In this document: one piece after another, positions 18,572 through 27,458 of the stretch
Layout of the letters: every line of letters begins with the position of its first letter
How positions within the stretch are numbered: position 1 is the first letter of the stretch
Source: an uncultured Candidatus Saccharibacteria bacterium
GTDB taxonomy: Bacteria > Patescibacteriota > Saccharimonadia > CAILAD01 > GCA-016700035
Reading direction: 5' to 3'
NCBI GenBank assembly: GCA_964583675.1
Contig: CAZOVH010000003.1
Coordinates: 12,167-76,166 of the forward strand
Length of the DNA stretch: 64,000 nucleotides
Notes under the pieces: generated by a model
The model's input: the letters and a program-made list of their open reading frames with translations, nothing else
Databases searched by the model: none
Told to the model about the DNA's origin: nothing
Program-made: the position numbers and the translations under genes

Positions 18572-19762
18572 TTACTTTACAACGTTTTTCAACGCAGCGC
18601 TCAAACCTTTGCGGCTCTTTCGGTAGAAATAACCAGCGTAGGTGAGACCACCGGTTCCCAACAGACCAGCAACACCAGTCTCGATACCAGTCTGAGGCAG
18701 GGTTGGCTGCTCAGGAGTTACCGGGGTGGTAGGGGTTGGGGTTGGAGATACTGGAGGTGTGGTTGGGGTAGGCGTTGGCTTACCGGCAACTGCAACCTTG
18801 GTAACTGCATAGTTTTCACGCATGATGTTACCAGCTTTTACGCCAGCAACGTTCTTCATGGTGTATGTACCAGGCTTGAGATTTGGATCAATCTTAGCTT
18901 GGAACCATACATAACCAACAGAACCTGGGGCATAACTACCTACGTTGATTCCGCCACTTGTGACTTTATCTGAGGTAATCTTGATGCCGTTTGGATTGTT
19001 CATGTTTTTAAGCTGAGTAGTACCGTTTACGTAGGTTACAGAAGCTGGCATGTTGTCAGCAATTGCAAGATCCTTCAAAACAGTATTTCCTTCGTTCTTA
19101 AAGGTGATGAGGTATTCAAGTGTGTCACCAGCTTTCGCAGTGTTTTCACTCTTCCACTCTTTTTCACCAAGAACACGAACTTGTTTGGTTATAGAAACCA
19201 TGTCGGTCTTAACACGCAATTTTACAGATACGCTAGCTTCAAAGTTGAAGCATGGCTTACCATTTTCGAGCACTACACCTGTAGTCAAAAGCTGTTGCTC
19301 CTGAGCTGCAGTAAGTGTGTCAGTTACCCAGTTAGGCTGCTCGTTGGTGCCCTTGTTGTGGCGCCAAACTGCAGTTCCTGGAACATACTCGAGACGGCTG
19401 TTATCAAGTGCAAGATTTGCTGTTGCGCTTGTGTTAACCGTGTTGGCATTGTCTGCAGAGATTGTACCGTTGATTTTCTGGGTTTTTCCAGCTGCGGTTG
19501 GCAGCTGAAGTTTTGCTTTTACATTATTGGCTACTTTGCCGCTATCGGCATTTTCCATGTTGTGGTACCAAAGCTGAACTTGAACGGTTTCGTCAGTTTT
19601 TGCGTTGGTACTCGGCTTGTACGTATTCTCACCAGCACTCGCGTTAGCAACACCAAGTTTTGATTCAAGGCGCACCTGGCTCGTGGCATGAGCTGCCAAT
19701 GGCAGAAGGCTGAGCAATGCAGCGAAAGCTACATAGCGCAACTTAGAAAGCACAGTCATCAT
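18572..19762 (-). CDS. LPXTG cell-wall-anchored surface protein (sortase substrate)
   Basis: Signal peptide MMTVLSKLRYVAFAALLSLLPLAAHA, a Thr/Pro-rich stalk and a C-terminal LPQTG motif followed by a hydrophobic segment and an RKSRKG tail. A GGAG RBS lies before the MMTV start. Confidence 0.8.
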   Translation of the reverse strand: MMTVLSKLRYVAFAALLSLLPLAAHATSQVRLESKLGVANASAGENTYKPSTNAKTDETVQVQLWYHNMENADSGKVANNVKAKLQLPTAAGKTQKINGTISADNANTVNTSATANLALDNSRLEYVPGTAVWRHNKGTNEQPNWVTDTLTAAQEQQLLTTGVVLENGKPCFNFEASVSVKLRVKTDMVSITKQVRVLGEKEWKSENTAKAGDTLEYLITFKNEGNTVLKDLAIADNMPASVTYVNGTTQLKNMNNPNGIKITSDKVTSGGINVGSYAPGSVGYVWFQAKIDPNLKPGTYTMKNVAGVKAGNIMRENYAVTKVAVAGKPTPTPTTPPVSPTPTPTTPVTPEQPTLPQTGIETGVAGLLGTGGLTYAGYFYRKSRKGLSAALKNVVK

Positions 19763-19995
19763 ATGAGACTCCTTTCTTTCGCGACGTGAAGTCGGAAAGC
19801 GCTTATGGTTATTTAACATTTATGCGTGTGGTCAATCTCTGTAATAATTGCAGTGTGTATGCTGTAGTTGTAAAGGTTTATTGTTCGCGTAGGTGAACAA
19901 TTACCTATAAATATTATCATACTTAAGCTTTTTTGTCAATACTTTTTGTCAGCTAAATATGTCAGTGTCAACAGATTTGACTCAATAAAAGTGAA

Positions 19996-20022
19996 GGAGC
20001 GGACGCATGTAGCGTCCGCTCC
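19996..20022 (-). terminator. Perfect 11-bp stem, 5-nt loop hairpin at the 3' end of the high-GC block (terminator for the island transcription unit)
   Basis: GGAGCGGACGCatgtaGCGTCCGCTCC. On the minus strand it is followed by a T-rich tract. It lies about 35 nt downstream of the stop of the 20058-21143 gene. Confidence 0.6.
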
Positions 20023-20057
20023 TGATGAACCTGAACACCCTTCTAGGGACTACCGGG

Positions 20058-21143
20058 CTAGGCCGGCGCCCCAGGGTCTCCGGGCTCGTTGACCGGCTGA
20101 GGCGTGGCCTCGGTCGGTTCCGGATCGTCGAAGCCGGTGTTGCCACCGGTCTCGCCATTGGTGTCGCCGGGGCTCATGTTGCCGCCCGGCGGGATGATCA
20201 CTCCGTCAGCCGGATCGGCTGCCGAGTCCTCGGCGTTCCCCGGGACGTAGTCCGGAGTGGGCGGGAGTGGCTCGGTGTCCACGTGGGAAGGATGGTTGTT
20301 ACCACCCGAACCACAGACACCGTCCGCCATCAGCTCCGCCGTGCACTTCCACGTCGTGGTGGGAGCCTCGGGCGTGGTCACGGGCGTGACGGGCTGTCCG
20401 GGCTTGCCTGGCGTCACGGGCGTGACGGGCTGTCCGGGCTTGCCTGGCGTCACCGGCCGCGAGGGCTGGTTTGGCGCAGGCGGAGCACCCTTGCCGGGCA
20501 CGCTCGGCGGGAAGTTCTGCTCGACGGGCTGGTACCCGCAGTTGAGCTTGAACTGCTTCACGGTCCCGTCCGGGAACGTGAAGCGGATCACCTTGAACGG
20601 CGCGGCTTCGACCGGGACCTGGTAGATCTCGGGGATGATTCTCCCCTTGTCCTCCATGTCCATGGTCTGGTACGCACCGCTCATCTCGACGATCTCCACC
20701 TTGACGGCCTCGTTGAGGCGCGCTTGGAAGCGCATCTCGCTGAGAGCCCAGGCATCGGGGTTCGACATGAGGTCGACCGTCTTCTGGACTCGAGTCGGCG
20801 CATCCGAGAACTCGTTGAAGAGGTACTCGGAGTCACCCACGAGGAGCGCGGCGTCAGAGCAGCGTCGCGAGGCGAAGTCCGCCTGCGTTGCTGCCACATT
20901 GGCCGGATCCTCCGGAGCGGCGGGGCCGAACTGGTTCCCGCTCGTCTCGCGAGCGAAGAACATCTGGTTGACGCCGCACGTACCAGCCGGAGCCGGAATG
21001 GTCGTGGTGGTCGGGTCGTCGTCGGCACCCACGTCGATGATCGTCCTGCTCGCCCCGAAGGTGAGCAGTGCGAGGAGCAGCAGCCCGGCACCGAAGTACC
21101 AGAACGACTGCTGCCGCTTGGCAGGTGTGTCCATGAAGGCCAT
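20058..21143 (-). CDS. Island gene 3: single-TM, Pro/Gly-rich secreted or membrane-anchored protein with a tandem PGKPGQPVTPVT repeat
   Basis: 361 aa. N-terminal TM (FWYFGAGLLLLALLTFGA), strong GC3 bias and coding on the same strand as its neighbours. Confidence 0.6.
   Translation of the reverse strand: MAFMDTPAKRQQSFWYFGAGLLLLALLTFGASRTIIDVGADDDPTTTTIPAPAGTCGVNQMFFARETSGNQFGPAAPEDPANVAATQADFASRRCSDAALLVGDSEYLFNEFSDAPTRVQKTVDLMSNPDAWALSEMRFQARLNEAVKVEIVEMSGAYQTMDMEDKGRIIPEIYQVPVEAAPFKVIRFTFPDGTVKQFKLNCGYQPVEQNFPPSVPGKGAPPAPNQPSRPVTPGKPGQPVTPVTPGKPGQPVTPVTTPEAPTTTWKCTAELMADGVCGSGGNNHPSHVDTEPLPPTPDYVPGNAEDSAADPADGVIIPPGGNMSPGDTNGETGGNTGFDDPEPTEATPQPVNEPGDPGAPA
20377..20448. repeat. Perfect 36-bp tandem duplication (2 copies plus a partial third) inside island gene 3
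   Basis: gtcacgggcgtgacgggctgtccgggcttgcctggc occurs at 20377-20412 and again at 20413-20448. It encodes a repeated PGKPGQPVTPVT unit. Confidence 0.9.
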
Positions 21144-21298
21144 GAGGCCCCCTTTCGTTTGAGCGCTTTTAGCGCGGGATGTTCAGGTTCTGGTTCTGAC
21201 TTCAAGCATTCATCTCTGTTTTACCAAAGGTTCACGTTCAAGGCCAGAATAAAACCAAAAGTGTGTCCCCTGGAGCCCGAAGGCCCCAGGGGGAGGGG

Positions 21299-22102
21299 TC
21301 AGTTCGTCGACGCACTGGCTGCGGCTGCAGCCTGCACGGTCTGGAACTGGGTCCCCGTGGGAGGCGGAGGCGGGATGACCGCATCCGGAGTCAACACGAC
21401 CGGCTGCGGCGGTACTGCCACCTGAGCCGGAGTCGGAGCTGCGGGTGCCGGAGCGGGCGGCTGTGCGGGGATGGTGTTCACTCCCGCCGCTGCTCCCGCA
21501 TGCACCTGCGTGACGCCGTGGAAGGCGCCGCCACCGACCAAGCCGGCGACGATGCCGGCGACGATGAGGCCTGCCGCACCGGACAGGACCAGGTCCCTCC
21601 AGAGCGGGAAGTTTCCCAGAGCTTCCAGGAACAACCACGCGATGAAGAAGGCTCCGATGCCTGCCACGATGGGCTGCCACCAACCACTGCTGAGACGATG
21701 CTGCAGCTGTGTGATCGCAGTGGCGTGAGCTTCCGAGTGGGCCTGCAGCCCGTCGACGCGGCTGCCCAGACCGAGAACGTTGTTCTCGACGGTGCCGACG
21801 CGACCGGTCAGGTTGTCCAGATCTTGACGAACGTCGCTGAGCCGCTGCAGGATGTCCTGTCGCTCGTTGCCGCGCTCGGCGATCTGGTTCTCCAGGCGCT
21901 CGATCTCCGTTCGGACGATCTCGCGCATGGCCTCACTGGCCGCTTGGGTCAGCTCGGCGTTGCGCTCGGTGATGAGCCCGTTCAGGCGCTGTAGCTCCTG
22001 GTCGACCCCTCCGAGTCGACGCGTGAGGGTGTCGTGCTCGGCACGGTGTTGCTGCGCGAGCAGCACCTCTGTGTGTGTGGTTCGTTCGGTTCGGTTTGCC
22101 AT
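21299..22102 (-). CDS. Island gene 2: coiled-coil protein with two C-proximal TM helices and a Pro-rich tail
   Basis: 267 aa. Heptad-rich N-terminal half, TM segments (WWQPIVAGIGAFFIAWLFL and LIVAGIVAGLVGGG), then a PAQPPAPAPAAPTPAQ tail. High GC3. Confidence 0.55.
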   Translation of the reverse strand: MANRTERTTHTEVLLAQQHRAEHDTLTRRLGGVDQELQRLNGLITERNAELTQAASEAMREIVRTEIERLENQIAERGNERQDILQRLSDVRQDLDNLTGRVGTVENNVLGLGSRVDGLQAHSEAHATAITQLQHRLSSGWWQPIVAGIGAFFIAWLFLEALGNFPLWRDLVLSGAAGLIVAGIVAGLVGGGAFHGVTQVHAGAAAGVNTIPAQPPAPAPAAPTPAQVAVPPQPVVLTPDAVIPPPPPTGTQFQTVQAAAAASASTN

Positions 22103-22288
22103 GTCCCCTCCCGGGGTGTGTTGTGCCGGGGTTTTTCAACACCCGGGTTGAGGTACGAATACCGTTGCATAATAGCATAAAATACATAATTTTGCAATAG
22201 TTTTATGCAAAGTCAATATGCTTATGCCAAAGATAATTGACAAAAAAAATTGGGCGACCTGGTGTTACCCAGGTCGCCCAGTGTGAAA

Positions 22289-23920
22289 TCAGGCAGCGCT
22301 CTGCCGTCCAGACTCCACAAGAATGCGCCTCTCCGCCTCGGCACGAACCGCATCTGCCGAGCGGAATGCCCAACACTGCTCAGGATCAAGATCCTCAATC
22401 ACTGCCTTGACGGCAGCCTCGAAAACCTCATCCGGCAGTTCGACCAAGAAGGACTCGTCCGACTTCCGCTTACGGCGACTCGCGTCACGATCAGCACCGT
22501 CAGCTGGTCCATCCGTCTGAGGCTGCTGAGCGTCCGGCTCTTCGGCTGAATCGCTGGACTGCCGCCCCGCAGCTGGCGCCTTCGGAGCTGGCCGCATCGC
22601 AACCCTGCCTCCCCCCTGCACCACATGGCGCTGAGGCTCGGGAGCATCACTGCTGCTGACGGTACGACGACCCTCACTCATCCGGACAACAGGGACCGGC
22701 TGAGTGGGGGGACCCCCTTCGGGTTCCTTCGGGGCACCACTGTTTGCGGCACCCGTCACAGACTCGGAAGGGGGTGTGTCGTCCGTCGAGCTGCTCGCCG
22801 GCTCCTCGGATGCGGGTCGAGGCGGCGGAACCGCACCAGACCGTACGAATGCAGACCTGCGAGCAGAGCGGCGCTGAGCCCTCTCGTAGCCGTCACGCAG
22901 GAAGACCTCGTTGGGCCAGGTGAAGTCTTCCAACTCCTTCTGGACCGAGGTAGTCCCTTCGGCAACCCGAGCCGCACTGCGCACGGCCTGGCGATTGAAC
23001 CAAGCCTTTGCAGCGAGGTTCTGACCCTCCCCCCTCAGCTCAGCCTGGGCATCCTGCTCGAGTTCTTCTCGAGTCAACGATTCTGGCCGGCCCTGACCCT
23101 CTTCCTTCTTGAGCTGGAAGAGGTAGCGCTCGATTTCGAGTTCATCCTCGATGCCGAGTTCCTCGTAGAGCGACCAACCGTACTGATAGATGGCAATGGC
23201 AAGCTCACCGAGAGCCTTTTCGGCCGCCTCCTTGTTGCCGCGAAGACGAGCATCGGCAGCCACCTGAAGGTACGGTCGCAGTGGCTCGCGATAGGAGTCG
23301 AGTTGAGGCTCGCCATCCGCAAGCGGTGCCGGTGCGTCCGCAGTGGCTTCGGGCTCCGGAGACGGAGGCGTCTCACCGCTGTCCGCCGGATCGCTGTCAG
23401 GTGCCGAAGCACTCGGGGCGTCCTGATCGAAGGGCTGCAGGGCAGCACCATCGGCTGCAGCCGGCTGGGCCGGCTGTTCACCAATGAATCGGTCGACGGC
23501 GGAGGCAAGCGTGTTCGAGACGAACTGGTTGCCGTTGCGAATGGCCTGCCTCTCCTCGCCCTCTTCGAGATCCTCGTTGAGGATCTCCTCCAAGAGCTCG
23601 AGAGCTGACGCCTCATCCAGCAACGGATCGGTCTCCATCAACCTTTCGGTCAGATGGGAAGCACGAAGCTGAATCCTACGAGGCGCAGGAGGTGTGGCTT
23701 CAGCCGCCTCATCGGCGGTGCCATCAGCGGGGTCTGTGAGGTGTTCTTCGTCGGCCATGACGGCCTCCTGTTCTCCGGCTGTGCCGGGGTTGGGGCCATC
23801 TTCGGCCGGGGTTGCGCCACCACACAGGGCGGCAACTTCATCGGGATTGAGCTGGGAGAATTCATCCATGCTCATTCCGGACCTGCCTTCACTCATGCTG
23901 TACCTCATCTGCTGTGTCAA
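22289..23920 (-). CDS. Island gene 1: large acidic Pro/Ala-rich protein, function unknown
   Basis: 543-aa ORF from a TTG at 23920. The more likely start is the ATG at 23896 (MSEGRS) with a GAGGT RBS 5 nt upstream. High GC3. Upstream lies an AT-rich promoter-like island (23921-24001). Confidence 0.55.
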   Translation of the reverse strand: MTQQMRYSMSEGRSGMSMDEFSQLNPDEVAALCGGATPAEDGPNPGTAGEQEAVMADEEHLTDPADGTADEAAEATPPAPRRIQLRASHLTERLMETDPLLDEASALELLEEILNEDLEEGEERQAIRNGNQFVSNTLASAVDRFIGEQPAQPAAADGAALQPFDQDAPSASAPDSDPADSGETPPSPEPEATADAPAPLADGEPQLDSYREPLRPYLQVAADARLRGNKEAAEKALGELAIAIYQYGWSLYEELGIEDELEIERYLFQLKKEEGQGRPESLTREELEQDAQAELRGEGQNLAAKAWFNRQAVRSAARVAEGTTSVQKELEDFTWPNEVFLRDGYERAQRRSARRSAFVRSGAVPPPRPASEEPASSSTDDTPPSESVTGAANSGAPKEPEGGPPTQPVPVVRMSEGRRTVSSSDAPEPQRHVVQGGGRVAMRPAPKAPAAGRQSSDSAEEPDAQQPQTDGPADGADRDASRRKRKSDESFLVELPDEVFEAAVKAVIEDLDPEQCWAFRSADAVRAEAERRILVESGRQSAA

Positions 23921-24001
23921 TTTCGGAATAAATTGTCAGGTGCAAAAAACACAAAAACCATACCACAAATTTGCAATATGGTCAATGTTTATTGGTTGCG
24001 C

Positions 24002-24340
24002 TTAGTGTTGGCTGGCGGCTTCTTCACGCACTTTTGCGAGCACAGCCTGCTGATCGGCGACGAGCTGATCTCCAACTTCTTGAGCAGTAGATGCAATCAA
24101 CTCATCATAGTTCGGCACAAGCTGTCGCAAGCGATCATCAACCTGATCGCCGCCAGCATCGATCAGCCGTTCTAGCTCATTCATCTGCTCTTCAGTAATC
24201 TGATCGGAAACTTTACTGAGTACACGGGTCATCGTAAGGTCAGCAAGTTGCTCGGCAAGTTGCTGCTTTTGTTCGTCAGTGGCTGAAGCCATGCCGAGTC
24301 TGGTGAAAATATCTGGTTGATTAGGTTGTGTAGTATCCAT
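24002..24340 (-). CDS. Small acidic helical protein (112 aa), function unknown
   Basis: Native GC. It sits between the large two-TM protein gene and the high-GC block, on the same strand. Confidence 0.5.
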   Translation of the reverse strand: MDTTQPNQPDIFTRLGMASATDEQKQQLAEQLADLTMTRVLSKVSDQITEEQMNELERLIDAGGDQVDDRLRQLVPNYDELIASTAQEVGDQLVADQQAVLAKVREEAASQH

Positions 24341-24365
24341 AGGTTACTCCTTATAAGTTATCTAG

Positions 24366-27300
24366 CTATGCTGCGCCATTTAAGCCATCTGTAGGCATGC
24401 CGTAAAGTTGAAGAATCTTTTCTGTCGGAACACCACGCTGAACCTGCTGAGCAATATTGCGCGTAAGTTGCACCATCTGGTCATTGCCAACATCAACCGA
24501 ACCGCGGCCAAGTATGAAGTTCAGCCTATCTAGTTCTGCATTCGACAAATCAAGTCCACGTAATGCGCTACCATAATTCCTGTCGTATGCTTGGTTACCA
24601 GCCTCATACATGGCTTTCTCAGCTGGGCTCAATCCTTGATACTTATCAGTCATATGTTCCCAATTCTGTGCGGCATTTTTATCAGTACTGAGTATACCTT
24701 TAAAGCGAGCCTCATCGGGGCTATATGGCTTTGGCGCTTCAGGACCCTTCGGCGGGCCACTGAAGAAGTGACGGAGAACAAATGGTGCTGCTGCAGCGGC
24801 CACACCAACTACTGCTGCCCCTCGCTTTGCACGCCTGTTCGACTTCGCATCACTATTTACACGATCTAGCTGATTCTTAAGAAGTAAATCTGCCACTGCC
24901 GCCGATGATTCTGGGTTTCCAGCTAGTGCTCCTCGCAGCACTCGATCGCTATACAGGGCACCGGCATTAGCCTCTAGGAATGCTGCAATCTCTTGCTCGG
25001 TCATTTTTTCAGCGCCAAGCCCCTCTGTGTTCCCTGAAATATATTCCATGTCACGCCCCGCCTCTAGCTGCGTACTAGCAGACTGTGCGCCCCAGGCTTC
25101 GGTGCGACCACGCAAATCAGCCTTATTGGCTCGACGATTATGCAGCATATTAACGCCGGCTTCAGTCGCCATAAATCCACCAGTACCACGCATAACTGCA
25201 CCAGCACCTGCAACCATCGCGCTACCTACGCCGGCACCGACACCAGTCATCGCAATCGCCGCGCCAGCTATTCCAAGAGCTGCACCAACCGCTAACCTGG
25301 TTCGACGACCATTCTTAGAGCGCCAGAAAGTGCGGAACTTTTCAGATTTTGTACCAACTTTTAGTTCACATTGTGCAGCTTCAACCTTTGAGCGAGTCTG
25401 CGCCATCTCAACAATCATCTCAACCTCAACCCGACGGGTCACTTCCTCGACACCTTGACGCAAGTTCTCTAACTGCTCATCACACTTCTGCATAGCCTCA
25501 CGCGCCTCTAAAATGCGCTCTTTGCGCCGATCAATCCGAGACTGACGAAGTGTAGGTGGCAACTGCGTATCTGCTTCCAGGCGAGCAATCGATTCATCTA
25601 GTACAGTAACTTTCTCCTGCATATCGGTCTTGTAGTCATTAATTCCAGCTTCAACCCCGCGATAATCTGCCAATACAGCCGCCCAGTTGTCTGTATATTG
25701 GGCGTAAGCAGACTCAAGGCTCGCGTTCGCTTGCTCGAGGGCGGTCTGATCACGCTTTGTTCGACCAAAGAATTTTTCCCGCTGCTCTTTTGCCTGCGCC
25801 ACGGCCTGTATCTGAGCATCAACGTTTAAGCGCGCGCCTTCGGCCAGTGCCAAAATCTCTTCGGCTGACGGTATTTTTGGCACTTTCTCTAAATAGCTAC
25901 CTTTTTCATATGGCTCGCCACCCTCTTGATCGATCGGGTCGTCTTCGTCCTCTGGAGAATTGCCTCCACCTTCGCCATCATTCTGCAGTTTTTCAATACG
26001 CGAGATACTGTCTTCATCGATCGCAAACTCTGTGCCACTCTCCAAATTCAAAAGTCGTAAACGAGCTGGGTTCTCGCCAACTTTTTGGATAATCATATGC
26101 GGAGCTTTATCGCCATCCGCTTCTGTATAAGTGACCATTTCACCATTTTTAAACGTGACACCACCAATTTCGAATTGGTGGTCGTTTTCAATAGATTCAC
26201 GACGTTCTACTCGAGTCATCGGCTGAAGTTGAGCTTCGCCAGATTGTGCAGGACTTGGGGAAGGCGCCTGGTCAAAATTTGTTCGCGTAGCGGGCGCTGG
26301 CTCTGCCTGGTCAGCACGAGGCTGACTACCACTCGCTTCAGTAGCAAGCGGGCTTGCTGGAGCACCGTAATACGCTTCTGTATCATTCTCGGCAAGTATT
26401 TGCTTTAAATCATCACCAAGTTCATGACCAAATTTGTCATTTATTGCTTGATCGCCTATTTGTTCTGGCTGTGCTGGCATTGTGCCACTCCTGCTTTGTT
26501 CGTCCTGCCTATCATAACCGGTTTGATTCTCTGCTGGCAAGTCGGCTCGTTGAGTTTCTCGATTCCATTCATCTGGCGGCAAACTACGCTCATACTCTTC
26601 ATTTGTGTCGTAATCGTTACTGTCAAAATAGCGAGCCCCTCGAATACGTCGCGAATCTTCAGCTTGCCTGGTATGCTTTTTTTGGCGTGCAGTACCCTGA
26701 GACTGCTGCTTAGCAGTCTGTTTTTCAGGCTTATCGCTTGATGTGTCCTTGATACTTCCATCTGAGTTATAACGATCATAAAATTCTGACCAAATTGCTT
26801 TGGTTACTGGTCGCATCCCAGTTTTCACTTCATGCGCCAACCCATCCAATAAAATATCGGCCGGCTTCTTGGCGCCACCCAATGAATCGCCATGCCGACG
26901 ATTAACACGTGTCTGCACTCCGTCCCAGCCTTTAATTTTGCGCAGCTCTCTCTTTATCTCATTCGAGGGTCGCCTAGCATATCTGTAAGGGTCATTCGTG
27001 CTTGAGCGCTCCGGACCACTCGTTTGAGGACCGTCATTAATGAGCACCGGATTGTCAAGTTTGGTGGTGAAATTCTCCATAGCTTGCTGAATTTCAATGC
27101 GCTCATTCTGCAGGGATGCAAGATAACTCGAGACACGTTCCGATTCCTCAGAATTACCCGATTCGCCTAGCGAGGCCAACCTGCTCTCGGCTTGAGCAAT
27201 TTCTCGCTCTACTTGCGGCAATTGTGCTGCCACATCTCCGAATGTAGGCGCGCGACGTGCATCCGCAGGGGTCGACTCCACTTCGGCGTCATCAGCGTGC

Positions 27301-27410
27301 ACCTGCGATAACTCACTAGCCAACTCAGCACCTCGAGACTCCGAACCTCCAAACTGATCTGGGTCTAACTCGTCAAAGCCACGCATAACGTCATGTGATG
27401 TATTACTCAT
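24366..27410 (-). CDS. Large (1014 aa) coiled-coil protein with a central Gly-zipper two-TM hairpin, function unknown
   Basis: Long acidic low-complexity N-terminal half and extended coiled coils. A TM pair (LAVGAALGIAGAAIAMTGVGAGVGSAMVAGAGAV) follows, then a C-terminal region with a further hydrophobic stretch (AAVVGVAAAAAPFVL). Native codon usage. Confidence 0.65.
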   Translation of the reverse strand: MSNTSHDVMRGFDELDPDQFGGSESRGAELASELSQVHADDAEVESTPADARRAPTFGDVAAQLPQVEREIAQAESRLASLGESGNSEESERVSSYLASLQNERIEIQQAMENFTTKLDNPVLINDGPQTSGPERSSTNDPYRYARRPSNEIKRELRKIKGWDGVQTRVNRRHGDSLGGAKKPADILLDGLAHEVKTGMRPVTKAIWSEFYDRYNSDGSIKDTSSDKPEKQTAKQQSQGTARQKKHTRQAEDSRRIRGARYFDSNDYDTNEEYERSLPPDEWNRETQRADLPAENQTGYDRQDEQSRSGTMPAQPEQIGDQAINDKFGHELGDDLKQILAENDTEAYYGAPASPLATEASGSQPRADQAEPAPATRTNFDQAPSPSPAQSGEAQLQPMTRVERRESIENDHQFEIGGVTFKNGEMVTYTEADGDKAPHMIIQKVGENPARLRLLNLESGTEFAIDEDSISRIEKLQNDGEGGGNSPEDEDDPIDQEGGEPYEKGSYLEKVPKIPSAEEILALAEGARLNVDAQIQAVAQAKEQREKFFGRTKRDQTALEQANASLESAYAQYTDNWAAVLADYRGVEAGINDYKTDMQEKVTVLDESIARLEADTQLPPTLRQSRIDRRKERILEAREAMQKCDEQLENLRQGVEEVTRRVEVEMIVEMAQTRSKVEAAQCELKVGTKSEKFRTFWRSKNGRRTRLAVGAALGIAGAAIAMTGVGAGVGSAMVAGAGAVMRGTGGFMATEAGVNMLHNRRANKADLRGRTEAWGAQSASTQLEAGRDMEYISGNTEGLGAEKMTEQEIAAFLEANAGALYSDRVLRGALAGNPESSAAVADLLLKNQLDRVNSDAKSNRRAKRGAAVVGVAAAAAPFVLRHFFSGPPKGPEAPKPYSPDEARFKGILSTDKNAAQNWEHMTDKYQGLSPAEKAMYEAGNQAYDRNYGSALRGLDLSNAELDRLNFILGRGSVDVGNDQMVQLTRNIAQQVQRGVPTEKILQLYGMPTDGLNGAA

Positions 27411-27424
27411 TGCTCTTATGATAA

Positions 27425-27455
27425 CAAAAAAGCCCCGATATGAGGGGCTTTTTGA
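27425..27455. terminator. Bidirectional rho-independent terminator between the large unknown gene and secA
   Basis: The sequence aaaaaAGCCCCgatatgaGGGGCTtttt. Confidence 0.7.
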
Positions 27456-27458
27456 AGA

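Larger units (their letters stand above)
20025..23920. other. GC-anomalous (about 65-70% GC, very high GC3) segment; candidate horizontally acquired island of actinobacterial origin
   Basis: There is an abrupt compositional shift from about 48% GC on both sides. Minus-strand codons are overwhelmingly G/C-ending. Plus-strand shadow ORFs are Arg-rich, the usual antisense signature of high-GC genes. Confidence 0.75.

Noticed and set aside
19820-19995. Possible small gene or att site in the AT-rich spacer before the high-GC block
   Set aside because: No ORF is present. The TTGACA-like repeats are more simply explained as promoter elements for the LPXTG gene. They are retained as a finding because of the similarity to the other flank, but not called as a mobile-element end.
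20025-21425. 466-aa plus-strand ORF, along with other long plus-strand ORFs (20257-20625, 20635-21162, 21263-21994, 22625-23608), across the high-GC block
   Set aside because: Their translations are extremely Arg-rich with Trp and Cys, the classic antisense shadow of high-GC3 genes. The minus-strand frames give coherent Ala/Pro/Gly/Asp-rich proteins with TM helices and a promoter, RBS and terminator.
25027-26779. Plus-strand ORFs inside the 1014-aa gene (25027-25458, 25757-26092, 26085-26408, 26354-26713, 26424-26741)
   Set aside because: They are antisense to a long, continuous, codon-consistent minus-strand ORF. They have low-complexity, hydrophobic or Cys-rich translations and no RBS.
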